From Camelus ferus (taxonomy: Eukaryota), in NCBI RefSeq assembly GCF_009834535.1, contig NC_045696.1, forward strand, positions 9,364,001 to 9,428,000: a DNA stretch of 64,000 nt, written 5' to 3'. Below are positions 1 through 10,965 of the stretch, one piece after another. Positions within the stretch are counted from its first letter, which is position 1; each line of letters starts with the position of its first letter. A program made the position numbers and the translations under genes. Below the pieces are notes generated by a model that was not told where the DNA came from, did no database searches, and was given only the letters and a program-made list of their open reading frames with translations.

Positions 1-19
1 CAGACAATCCATTCTTTTG

Positions 20-420
20 AGGCGTGTGTTGTGTTCTATTTCTCAAGTTTCCATGTCCTCCGACAGCCATCCAGCTGCCCCGAATTGCACTTTGAGTTGG
101 CGTGAGGCGTACTGAGCAAGGGACTCGAAAGAGTGGCTCTGCGCAGTCGTGCCCACTGATCTATCACAGACGACCCTCAGGAGCCACTGGCATGAAACTG
201 CCCTGAACGCCGGCAGATTTCTCTTTGGGTTTCCGGTGGTCTTCCCTCCTGTGTTCTGCTGCCGTGCTATCTGGTGCCTAAACATTCATGACGGATCTTC
301 GGTTTCAACTGTGCCAGGATCACTGCGAAGTGCCTTCTCCTTTTCCTTTTTGCTGAGCCTCACCTCCTGGAATCCCAAATATCTGCGGATGTTATTCCTG
401 CAGATTTCCACCATTGTGTC
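20..420 (-). mobile_element. Highly diverged L1 ORF2 C-terminal remnant
   Basis: Reverse complement has colinear patches resembling L1 ORF2 (ctcagcaaaaaggaaaaggagaaggcac ~ CTGAGCAAAAAGAACAAAGCTGGAGGCATC; tacgcctcacgccaactcaaag; gaaacttgagaaatagaacacaac). Aligned by eye. Confidence 0.45.
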
Positions 421-611
421 CCGGAGAGGATCATTTTATTGTGGGTCTACCGTGTGTGTGCAGAGGACAGATTCAGGGAAAACAAAAAATATCCTTATCC
501 TCATGGAAACAGTGGACAGGGCAGCTGAGAGTGAACACCATGAAAACACAACGTTGTGAGATGATCCCTTGGGGAATCTGTCACAAAGGAGGGCGTATAC
601 TGTTGGAGATG

Positions 612-1035
612 GTGTCAGTTTCCTGGGGTTGCCTTGACAAAGTACTGCAATCTTGGGTGCCTTAGAACAACAGAAATTTATTCTCTCACAGTCCCAGAGG
701 CCAAAAGTCCAAGATGAAGGTGTCAGCAGGGCAGTGCTCCCTCAGAGGGCTCTGGGGAAGCAGCTGTTCTGGTCTCTCCTGGCTTCTGGCTTGTGGGAGC
801 ACAACTCCAGTCCTCACCTGGCATCTTCCCTGGGTTGGTGTCTCTGTGTCCAAAAATTTCCCTTTTATAAGGACACCAGTCATGCTACGCTAGGGGACCC
901 AGCCTACTCCAACATGACCTCATCTTAGCTAATTACATCTGCAAAGACCCTATTTCCAAACAAGATCACGTTCTGAGATGCCAACGGTCAGGACTTCAAT
1001 ATACGAATTTGGGGGGACATGATTCGTCCCACATC
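612..1035 (-). mobile_element. MaLR solo LTR (MLT1B/C-like)
   Basis: Typical MLT1 motifs: aacaacagaaatttattctctcacagt, gtccaagatgaaggtgtcagcagggc, taattacatctgcaaagaccctatttccaaa. Confidence 0.85.
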
Positions 1036-1293
1036 TGGGACCCAGGGCTACAAAGGCCAGTTCTGCTTTGTTACCTCCCATCACATCAGTTCCTGGGGTT
1101 CTGAATGATATGAACATGGGATTTATCACCAAACAGAAGATCTTTGTGACTGATTTCTCTGATTTTTGGAGGCCAGAAGCCATTGATGTAGCCAAACAGG
1201 ACCATAAACCTTCCAGAAAGCTTCCTAAATTGTTTAACATCTTTTGCTTGAATTCAATCTTACTAATATTAATGTTAAGAAGTCTGCTTTTCT

Positions 1294-1674
1294 ACAAATA
1301 TTGTCTATCACTTCTATGTGGAATCTAAAAAATAATATAAATGAATCTATGTACAAAACAGAAACAGACTCACAGGCATAGAAAACAAACTTATGGTTAC
1401 CAGAGGGGAAAAAGAGGAAGGGATAAATTAGGAGTATGGGATTAACTGATACAGACTACTATACATAAAATAGATAAACAACAAGGATTTACTATGTAGC
1501 ACAGGGAACTATATTCAGTATCTTGTAATAACCTATAACGAAAAATAATCTAAATAAAAATAGCACATATATAACTGGATCACTTTACTGGACACCTAAA
1601 ACTAGCACAACATTGAAAATCAACTATGCTTCAATTTAAACAGGGGAAAAAAAATAAAATGAAACAATAAAGTA
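1294..1674 (+). mobile_element. 5'-truncated L1 3' end with A-rich tail
   Basis: L1 3'UTR motifs (tatgtggaatctaaaaa, gcacagggaactatattca). TSD aagaa(g/t)tctgcttt at 1277-1290 and 1675-1688. Confidence 0.9.
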
Positions 1675-1933
1675 AAGAATTCTGCTTTCCTCTTGTTTGC
1701 ATTTGCCTGGTTTAACTTTGCCCATCTTTTAATTTTAACATTTCTGAGTAAATTTGTTACATATATGCCTCTCAAAGATGTAAATTTGTTTTTGTGTCAC
1801 ATTTTATGAATGTAGTACTTTGCTTTCCAACTTTCTGTGAATTATTTTTGAATTTGTGTGTGTTTCCCTTTCTGGTAGTTTAGAAGGTTCATGGTCCTTT
1901 TTAACTCTTCCCACGGTTTCCTATGTAACTTTT

Positions 1934-2077
1934 AAATTTTTTCTTCCTTTTTTTTTTTTTGGAGGGGGGTGGGTAATTAGGTTTATTTATTTATTTAAAT
2001 GGAGGTACTGGGGATTGAACCCAGGACCTTGTGCATACTAAGTATGTGCTCTACCACTGAGCTATACCCTTCTCCCT
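1934..2077 (-). mobile_element. tRNA-derived SINE, camelid vic-1-like
   Basis: A/B boxes (tagctcagtggtagag; ggttcaatcccc), AT-rich tail, TSD tgtaactttt at 1924-1933 and 2078-2087. Confidence 0.88.
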
Positions 2078-2089
2078 TGTAACTTTTTT

Positions 2090-3330
2090 AAGTAGTAAAA
2101 AGTCTTATTTCCTGATTTATCAACTTTCGATGATCTCTACTCACCTCTGAAACCCTGACAAATAAAGAAATTAGTACACCTACACTTTCTTCCATTTCTG
2201 CTCCCGGATCCCCCTTCCAATGGCATAAAACATCCGAGTTTACTGTATTCTGATTTGGTCTTGTAGCTATAATTCCCAAGGCTGTTTAGTCTTATTTTTG
2301 GTTGTAGATTTAAATGGGTTCTCTGTTTACCACCAATCCTTTTATACGACACACCTTCTCTGGTCCTGGATTCTTCTTTTATTAGCATGTTTTATGATTT
2401 CATCATATAGCAATTTTATTTTTAAAAAATGGCTCAGGAGTGTTTATTTCATTGAGACCAGAAGCCTAGGTAGAAAACAACAGTTTCCTTGGACGTAAAA
2501 TTCTTCCATCACCCATCCTTTCCTGTAATTCTCTGTAACTATTAAACCACTGTTTTCTGGTTTTTAATGCGGTCAGAGACGTATGAAACCAGTCTGAATC
2601 TTCCTTGTGTAGGTGGTTCACCTTTTATTATTATTACTAATCATCATCATCATCATCTGGTCACCCAAAGGTTCTTTTTTTTTTTTTTTTTTTAAATCCT
2701 CAAAGTTCAGTAATTTACCAATGATGTCATTGATTGTTCTGGGCAATATTCTTCCAATCATGGTATGTAAGTTCACCCTTTAGCTCAAAATAATTTCCCT
2801 CTGAGCCTTCTTTTTTTCTCTTTTTTCTTTCCTGTTCTCTTGTTCCTGATTATGTACATATGGGACCCCTCTACTCACCTTTGCCTCTAGCTTCTTCTCC
2901 ATTTGATTTGGGATGATTTTCTCAGGCCCGTCCTCCAAACTCCTGATGAATTTCTGCAATGTCTTTTTCCACTTCTTGTTACTTCTAATGTAACTGTTCT
3001 TTCCGAAATTATTTTGTCTGTAAGTTTTTTTTAGTTCTGCCATCTTAATTTTCATCTTCCTTGTGACATTATATTTTCTGACATCTTGTGACTTGTCTTT
3101 GAGCTTTTTCTCCAAAGATTCATGTTCTCTTTCATTTCTTTGAGGCCATAGAGAAGTGTCTGTCTGGAACGTTCTTTCATTTACTGGAGCAGTATTTATC
3201 AGATACTGCCTTTTCCTCTTTTGTTCCTTCTCTTTAAGCTTTCTCCCCTCTCCTTTTTGATCATTTCTATCCACATAGAGGCCCCACCTAGATTCTTTCC
3301 GGTTATTAATGATCATTTAATGGGTGGATC
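2090..3330 (-). mobile_element. Ancient L1M/HAL1-like ORF1 remnant
   Basis: T-rich plus strand. The minus-strand translation is Lys/Glu-rich with IRSLEDGPEKIIPNQMEK, similar to the ORF1p coiled coil (ISELEDRxEEIxQNE). Confidence 0.55.
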
Positions 3331-4834
3331 TATGGGACCTACCATTCACTTAAAAACAGTACAGAGGCCCAAGGGAGTGAGACAGAACAGCTGGTTGACC
3401 AATTTGGATATTTACTCTCAAACACCTGCTCAATACCCTGCCCAGAGACACACTAGTTAGTGCCGGGGCCAGGGTGAGAGTCAGGGTGAGGGTATCCTCC
3501 ACTATGAGGCTCACAGATTGGGCAGGAGGTCACCATGGCTAGAAACAAAGCTCAGGTAGTTTACAGTCTCTCTTTTGACTGGTTCAAGGCTTGTTCCTTT
3601 TCTCTGCTCAGCAGTCATGAAGCAGAACGCCACTCATTTCTCCTCTACTCCACCTGCCCCCCCTCTTCCTCTGAGTCAGGAGATGATGGCAGAGCATAAA
3701 GGTGGTACTTCTGAATGGTCCCTCCTTCAGCTCTGTCTCCACAGAGATCTACCTCTCCCATGGCCCAAACGAACAAGTTGGACATTTCAGGACTCTTGTT
3801 ATTTACTTCTAGAGACGTCTGAACCTTGCTAAAGATACAGAGAAACACACGTAGGCTGTGTCCTCACAGAAGACATCCTCACACTGGATGTTCCTTTGTC
3901 TTTGAGTTGATGATCCATCCTTTCATAGTTTTATAAAATGTAAAGTTAATGCTCTATTTTTCATATTTTTTTCTGGGTTTCTGGAAGGGAAATAAATCAT
4001 AAATTCTTCTATTCTCTCATCTTTTTACCATAAATTCCTTTAATTCTCATTTCCTTTCAGAAGTATTCCATTTCTGGAAATTATTAAGCTGTTTAGTATT
4101 TTGAGTGCTAAATGGCTTTGAAGATTTTGCTGTTAGGTCTTATATTGGAACCATGGACTGCTTTATTTTACTCTGAAGTTCTACTGAAATTTTAAATAGT
4201 CTTTTTTATAGGGGCTAAACAAGTAGCATTTAATGCTGTATGTATATATGTATGTATTTTTCTTGCCTTCCCTAACCTCCATGTGCTTCTGTGATACTAC
4301 ACTAGTCCTAGCAATGTTTAGAATACATTCAGTAAAGGGACTAAACAAAACACAACTTCATAAATGTTTGTTGGAAAGCAACTCCCTAATGTCCAATTTT
4401 GGTAATCACCAAGGTAGAAGGCTCGAGAAGGTGAGATGCTTTCGTTAAATTTTAGATGTCTGGGCAGAATTATTGAAAAGAATGTTCATTTGCAGGATCA
4501 GCAACATGTTGAAGGCTTGAATTGTAAGTTGGTACCCGTTGAGTACAACAGAGAAGAGAGAAGATAAATGGGGCAAGGATTGCGATGGAGTGGGGAAGGA
4601 AGGGAAAAGCAAGGGAAAGACTCAGAGTAACCAGGGGGCTAGCAACCCCCAGGACATCAGTGTCACAGATTGTACAAACCTAACTAGTAAATTTCTAAAC
4701 ACCAATTAAATGTCTTATTAGAACACAGGGTCCTTGACTTGTATTTCCCTGTGTCTTCTCTCTCATCTCCCTTATCCTTAAATCCAGGACCTAGCTCTGG
4801 ACCTGGTAGGATCTGAAAAATAAAGATGCCCCCA

Positions 4835-4985
4835 GGGGGTGGGTATAGTTCAGTTGGTAGAGTGTGTGGTTAGCATGCATGAGGTCCTGGGTTCAATCCC
4901 CAGTGCCTCCATTAAATAAATGAAAGCACCTAATTACCTCCTAGCCTCTCAAAAAAATTTTTAAATTTTTTTTAGAATTAAAAAT
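4835..4985 (+). mobile_element. tRNA-derived SINE, vic-1-like
   Basis: ggtatagttcagttggtagag...gaggtcctgggttcaatccccag, followed by a tail. TSD aaagat(g/a)cccc(c)ag on both sides. Confidence 0.88.
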
Positions 4986-5149
4986 AAAAGATACCCCAGA
5001 ACAAGAGTTGGGCTTCTTCCTGGGGCTACTGAGGGCAAAGGACATGACAATAGTCCTTGTGATCATGATAATGACAATTAGCACCTGTAAGTAAGAGAGG
5101 GGCTGGGGCACAACTGGGAGCAGCTGAAACTAAGGAGTCCACGTGTGGG

Positions 5150-5283
5150 GCCACGTGCCTCGGAATCTCAAGATCACCTCCAGAAGTTCTGATTTAGTAG
5201 GTCAGGGGCTGGATCGAGGGATTCACACGTCTAAAAATCTCCCCAAGCAATTCTTACAGCTACTAATGTTAGAGAACCACTGG
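5150..5283. mobile_element. MER5-like hAT-Charlie DNA transposon fragment
   Basis: ttctgatttagtaggtcagggg...ttagagaaccactg terminal motif. Confidence 0.65.
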
Positions 5284-5874
5284 CTAGGGAGTCTCATCAG
5301 CCCTAACCCTGGGGACTCTTAGTTCACGTTCAACCATCTGGGAAGACAGGATGCCATGTCTGGCAGAAGGCCAGCCAAGGAGCTGTCAGCTGCTCCCCAA
5401 CTGTAGGGGGTCGATGCTAAGAGCCAAGAAGACACACCTCTCGCCCCTAGACAGTGCTACCCCTACCCTGCCATCACCAACAACTGGCTGGGTTCACATA
5501 CTCTCAGATTCCACGCACCATCTCCAAGCCTGAGTGGGAACTGCCAAGTATAACCCACGGACCCCCTCAAGCTGCTTTCATACCGTTTTTCTTCAGGCTG
5601 CGGGGGAAGACTTGAAAAGAGAAGGAGGGAGGATGGAGGGATGGGAGCCAAGTTCGCAGACACTTCTTGAGAACCTCTGAAGAACACCCGAGAATATCAT
5701 GCCTGGATCTGACACTTGGGACTCAGCTGCTTCCAACAGAAACCAGCTAGACAGTTTTCATTCGAGAGTCCGCATTTTAGATTGTTAAGCTGTCTGGCCA
5801 AAACACAAGTCAAAACAAAATGAAACAAAGCCCCATTCACGTATTCAGCACCCGAGGTAGGAGGAATGACAGAC

Positions 5875-6056
5875 CTTAATAATGTGGAGCTTGGGTAAGA
5901 GGTTACAGTCAGCCAGCGTGAGTTCGTCCCCGTCCAGGAACTTCCTGCCAGAAACAGCGAATTCCTCGGTGCTGTAAGCATCAATTTCGTCGGGCAGAGG
6001 GCTATTTAAGTAATTATCCAGCTTCTTCAGGGCCTTTAACAGGTTCCTTTCATAAA
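5875..6056 (-). CDS. CLIC6: CLIC6 coding exon 5 (182 nt; [61 protein letters not shown]). The final exon lies beyond the left edge of the window.
   Basis: Acceptor tctttctgttttcag|TT and donor AAG|GTCTGT. Contains the conserved CLIC C-domain motif [18 protein letters not shown], and phases are consistent with exon 4. Confidence 0.97.
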
Positions 6057-6585
6057 CTGAAACAGAAAGACAAAGAAATGGCTAAGATAAGCATTATGAA
6101 GGAGTTTGCCCTTCTTTCCTGAGACGGGGCCAGGGAGCACCGGAGAGTTGGGAAGGAGAGGCGAGATTTACAAGATCTGAATAAAGGACTCACTTCTCCC
6201 TGGAAAATAATTCTGTCTACACAACACTGCTGCTTCTAGAACTCATTCAATTTTATTCAAAAATCTTTATGGAAAGCATGTAATCAAGTAAGCACTGGCA
6301 GAAGCTTCATTCAAACAGTCCCCTGGTACAACTAGGAACTCCTGGTGGTGATTATTTTCCCCAAAAAGTGTCGCTTTCTGAGCCCCCAACCTCCAAAAGA
6401 AGCACTCAATCTCTTATAACCCACATGCAGACTCCATGTTGGAGGTGCTTTTTGCTTATTTCTAGATACAGGTCCCTCCCCGCTGTGAATGGGTCAGAAT
6501 TCCTGGGATCTTATAAGAAGCCACACCGGAGGCAGAGTGGAGATCTGTGTAGAAAACAGAAGACAGGAAGATGGGAGGGACTCAC

Positions 6586-6692
6586 TCTCGTTTGTATCCT
6601 TCTTGGTGTTTTTTATAAACGCCGAGAATTTGGCAAATACATCATTTCCTGCAGAGTTGGATTCAGGGTATTGGGTCCCCAGCTTAGGGTAC
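6586..6692 (-). CDS. CLIC6: CLIC6 coding exon 4 (107 nt; [35 protein letters not shown])
   Basis: Acceptor atttttcaag|G and donor A|GTGAGT. Typical CLIC sequence, lying within ORF 6494..6883. Confidence 0.98.
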
Positions 6693-7283
6693 CTTGAAAA
6701 ATTCAAAATGAGAGTATCACAGATGAGCACTGTTTGAGTTAGGAGAATACAGTGGGGGTTGGGGGTGCCTTTCTCTGAGAGGACATAAAAATGGAAACTT
6801 CCCCTTGAGTGTTCTCCTAACCTTTCCATCTTCAAAGTTTGGAGCAGCACAGTCAGGGGAAAGCACAGGTGGACTATTCTCATCCCGGGATGCAGGGCCT
6901 CACCTGACTCTTAGTTCCCTCCCTCCTGAAATGAAGGTGATGGCCTAGAAGGTTCCCTTCCAGGCCCAGCACCCCGTGATGCTGCTGCCTGCCATCACGC
7001 TCCTGACCTTCCTTCAGAAACGGCACCCCACGTGACATCCGCCCACTTCCTCTTCATTTCCGGCCATCAGACCCTGATCACCAAACTGCAGGTGCAGAGC
7101 ACAGAAATCCAAGCCACCTAAATGCAGTTTCTAATCGCACTGTGTTTTCTGCGGCACACCACAGGTGCAGCCAGGGAAGAGGTACCACTGCCACAGAAAA
7201 CCCAACCCCCGGAGCCAAGAGCTTTAGAATGGTCCATGAGCAGGGATGACCCAGCTGTGAACACGGGTTCCAATGAGGCCCAC

Positions 7284-7409
7284 CTTGGGGGAGCGAGCTT
7301 CTCCTCCAAAAACTCCTCGATCTTATTCACATCCGTCTTGACTTCACCATCAAAAGTCATGAAAGGCGGGTTGGTGCCGGGAGCCAGGTTCTGCAGGTCT
7401 GCGGGTTTC
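7284..7409 (-). CDS. CLIC6: CLIC6 coding exon 3 (126 nt; [42 protein letters not shown])
   Basis: Acceptor cttccctcccacccag|G and donor AG|GTGGGC. Phase 2 joins exon 2. Overlaps ORF 7118..7360. Confidence 0.98.
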
Positions 7410-7816
7410 CTGGGTGGGAGGGAAGGGCGGCGTTGGTGGGCAGGCGGCCACAGTGTCTGGATGGTCTCTAAGGCTTAACCGTGTCCTCCCCAGCTGAGGA
7501 GAAATCACCCTTGAGAATTTCACAGGTGATTGTGGGTCTACAGAATGCCCTACTGGCAGTGAGAGTGTAGCCCTTTTCTGGATAGAAAGGTGAAGAAGTT
7601 AACTCTCCCCAGTGTTATCAGCCAGGCGTGGCACTCAGACGGGCTTCTGAGAGGCTCACAGCTGACCAGGAACTGGGAGAGCAGGCTCCTCATGGTGCCC
7701 CCAACTCCTACTCCTTCTGGATACATCTGACTCCATCCTGGGATCAGTGTGGCCCACGCTTCTCCAGCTTCAACTGACGGTCCTGACCGAGGGCAGACAT
7801 GCCATGGGTCCTAGGA

Positions 7817-7893
7817 GTGTGTGTGTGCATCTGTGTATCTGTGTCTGTGTGTGTCTGGCTGTGTGTGTGCGTTTGTGTGTATGTGTGTCTGTA
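7817..7893. repeat. Degenerate (TG)n microsatellite in intron 2 (CA-rich on the CLIC6 sense strand)
   Basis: Visible gtgtgtgt/ctgtgt runs ~50 nt from the exon 2 donor. Confidence 0.85.
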
Positions 7894-7943
7894 CATAGGG
7901 AATGAGGTATGACTATTTCAATAATGCAGAAACCTTGTCTTAC

Positions 7944-8053
7944 CTTTTCAGGTCCACTGTTGTCACATTAAATATGACACCCTTCAGCCAGAGAATCATA
8001 AAGAGACGCTGAGAAAATGGGCAATTTCCAATACTCTCCCCATCACAACCAGC
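7944..8053 (-). CDS. CLIC6: CLIC6 coding exon 2 (110 nt; [37 protein letters not shown]), containing the CPFS motif and putative transmembrane segment
   Basis: Acceptor tttctttttccatttgtag|GCT and donor AG|GTAAGA. The translation is the hallmark CLIC/GST-fold N-domain. Missing from the ORF track because it has no start codon. Confidence 0.98.
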
Positions 8054-8124
8054 CTACAAATGGAAAAAGAAATCTTCATCGGAGCCAGTCTCACAATTAT
8101 AAATGCCGGCCTTTGCATGCACGC

Positions 8125-8281
8125 ACACAAAATCATCATGAGTCTGTGTTAGTGGTGAGGATACAGAAGGCGGCCTTCTGAGGCCCCTTCACCAGCCTCT
8201 CCGCCAAGTGGGAGGTGGCAGGGGAGGGGGTGGAGGACCGGGTGGAGGACACACACACACTCATTGAGCGTCTTCTATCTT
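8125..8281 (+). repeat. 157-bp direct repeat, copy 1 (probable source)
   Basis: Identical to 9060-9216 except 8264 T vs 9199 C. Confidence 0.97.
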
Positions 8282-9059
8282 CCTTCCCACCACCTCACCA
8301 CTTCCTGCCACGCTGGGCCTCTGAATAGCTGTTCACAGAGGGACAGAACTGCCAGAGGGAATTCCCTTTGTGACTAAAAGCAGAAAAAGAAAGACAGGCT
8401 CTCTCCCTCCCTCCATCTCTTGATCCACTTCAGAAGAAACACACCTCTAGGACGATCATGCATAAAAACAGACCAGCAGATTCTCCCATCAAGACACCAT
8501 CCATCCCCAATATTCTCCACTATTCCCGTCTACAGAATGAGGGTTGGATTATATGAGTTCTAAGACCCCTGGACACTGTGAACCTTTGAGGTCCCCTCAT
8601 CATATGGGGAGCACTTGTACTTAGAAGTAGATTGTTGCACAGGTGACATCAAGGATGGAAGGATAGGAAACAATGCCTCCCTGATGACCCGAGAGGCTGA
8701 CATCCACATGCACGTTCCCCAGACACAGGCATAGAAACACGCAGAACAGACACCCTCCTTCCTGTGGGCTCTGGGGAGAGACAGGCAGGCGTTGGAGAAG
8801 AGAGGGGAGGGGTGGCTTTGCCCTCCTGGGGAGTTCTGGAACTCTTCCTTCTCTTCCCATCCTTCTCTACCCCGACACATCTCTGTCAAGGTTACAATGC
8901 TAATAAAATGCTGCAGGAAAGACCAGGAGACTCAGGCAGACTCCAATGACAGAAACACAGCCTAAATATTTAATCCAGGAAGTCCATTTCTGCCACTTGT
9001 TGTTCTTAGTATCTGCAAATCTTGAACTCACAATTTTTCTTTCTGTTTCTGACTTACTT

Positions 9060-9216
9060 ACACAAAATCATCATGAGTCTGTGTTAGTGGTGAGGATACA
9101 GAAGGCGGCCTTCTGAGGCCCCTTCACCAGCCTCTCCGCCAAGTGGGAGGTGGCAGGGGAGGGGGTGGAGGACCGGGTGGAGGACACACACACACTCACT
9201 GAGCGTCTTCTATCTT
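9060..9216 (+). repeat. 157-bp direct repeat, copy 2 (probable insertion into a MIR-like remnant)
   Basis: Offset of 935 bp from copy 1. The flanks (ttctgccacttgt... and ...gtgaaagtggagaggaaagtactgtatctac) resemble contiguous MIR core sequence. Confidence 0.95.
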
Positions 9217-9464
9217 GTGAAAGTGGAGAGGAAAGTACTGTATCTACAACCTGAGTAACAGGAGGACACAAGGCAGGAAGTGAGCTGCTGGTTTGGGAAT
9301 TGAAGAAAGGAAAAAAAATGCCTCCAGAAAATTGGACAATTTAAGGAGAACTTCAGAGGTGATTCTCTGGTGCTAGTGTTCTTAAGTCACCTGGAGAGGT
9401 GGTTAATAACAAAATGAAGAGGATAAGAGTAAGAGACCCGAAACCCAACATTAAAATGACTTGA

Positions 9465-10056
9465 CATGCACCCCAGTGTTCACAGCAGCACTAGTCACAA
9501 TAGCCAATACATGGAAGCAACCTAAGTGTCCACTGACAGATGACTGGATAAAGAAGTTGTGGTATATTTATACAATAGAATCCTACTCAGCTATGAAAAA
9601 GAATAAAATAATGTCATTTGCAGTAACGTGGATGTACCTGAAGGTCATCATTCTAAGTGAAGTAAGTCAGAAACAGAAAGAAAAATACCATATATCACTC
9701 ATATATGGGATCTAAAAAAAAAAAGATACAAATGAACATATTTCATTTCAAACAGAAACAGACCCATAGACAGAAAACAAAATTTGGTTACCAGGGGATA
9801 AAAGGGGGTGGGAAAGGATAAATTGTGAGTTCAAGATTTGCAGATACTAAGTACTATATATAAAATAGATAAACAACAAGTCTGCACTGCACAGCACAGG
9901 GAACGATATTCAATATCTCATAGAAACCTATAATGGAAAAGAAGATGAAAAGGAATATATGTATGTATATGCATGACTGAAACATTATGCTGCACACCAG
10001 AAATTGACACAACATTGTAAACTGACTATACTTCAATAAAAATTAAAAAAGAAAAA
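9465..10056 (+). mobile_element. Young lineage-specific L1 3' end (ORF2 C-terminus plus 3'UTR)
   Basis: ORF 9461..9715 encodes TCTPVFTAALVTIANTWKQPKCP...W, the L1 ORF2 C-terminus. A-rich tail. TSD aaa(t/a)gacttga at ~9454-9464 and ~10053-10063. Confidence 0.93.
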
Positions 10057-10063
10057 GACTTGA

Positions 10064-10848
10064 TCAGCCTCTTCACAAAATTTGAAATCCAAATGACCAA
10101 AATGCACATGAAAAAGTTCTCAGGTCATTAGCCAGCAGGGCATCGCAAGTTACAGACCAAAAATAGATTCCACTGCACATCTACCAGAATGGCTAAAACG
10201 AAAAGATCTGACAATATCAAGTGTGGACAGGAACATTGAGCAACTGAATTCCCATCCATTGCTGGTGGGAGTGCAAACTGCTACAACTGCTCTGGAAAAC
10301 TGTTTGGCAGTTATCTACCCAAGCTAAAGACGCATGGACACTATGACACAGCAATTCCTCTCCCAACAGAAATGAGTGCTTATAGGCATAAAAGCCACTT
10401 ATATGGATGTTCTTAGCAGCTTTAGTGTAATGGCCAAAACCTGGAAACAACTCAGACACCAAGAGTAGAAATGAATAAATTGTAGTTTATTCACATGGTC
10501 AGACACCACACCCCAATGGAAAAAAATTAGCTACTACCACGAGCCAAAATGTGGATGAATCTCACATGCATAAGGTTGAGAGAAAGAAACCAGACTCAAA
10601 AGAGTCCTGCATAATTCAATGTAGGTGAAGTTCAAAGACAGGGAGTCAGAAGAGCAGTTACCGCTGGAAGACAGGCATTGTCGGGAAGGAGGGGAGGGAG
10701 ACTTCTGGGTGGTGGAAATGTTCCATAGTTTGATCTGGGTGGTGGCTGCATGGTGGGTATACTCGACTGACAAAGTCTTAATAAAGGCTCTTTCTTGGGT
10801 GTTTTACTTCAATACTCCAAAAAAAACAAAAAAAAAATATATTAATTA
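10064..10848 (+). mobile_element. Older L1 (L1MC/L1ME-like) 3' region
   Basis: ccagaatggctaaaa, ttgctggtgggagtgcaaact, gcaattcctctcc, tggatgaatctcaca motifs. Confidence 0.8.
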
Positions 10849-10849
10849 A

Positions 10850-10965
10850 AAAAATACAGTCTGATTCAGTGGGTCTTACAGGGGGCTCAGGGATCTGAAT
10901 TGTTAACAAGCTCCCCCAGGGTGATGTGATGCTGGTGGGCTGGACCTCACTGGGGGAAGCACCAG
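10850..10965. mobile_element. MER5-like fragment (other half probably at ~9375-9405)
   Basis: tctgattcagtgggtct...ttaacaagctccccagggtgat motif. Confidence 0.6.

Noticed and set aside
2780..3316. 178-aa Lys/Glu-rich ORF
   Set aside because: Best explained as a decayed L1/HAL1 ORF1 remnant, not a host gene.
4835..4910. tRNA-like sequences with A/B boxes (also at ~2000, 30230, 45530, 57970, 61420, 62460)
   Set aside because: They have AT-rich tails, TSDs and degenerate stems, so they are SINEs rather than tRNA genes.
1..5874. Search for the last CLIC6 coding exon (IVAKKYRDF...)
   Set aside because: No matching sequence seen. It is presumably outside the window, so its absence is not evidence of pseudogenisation.
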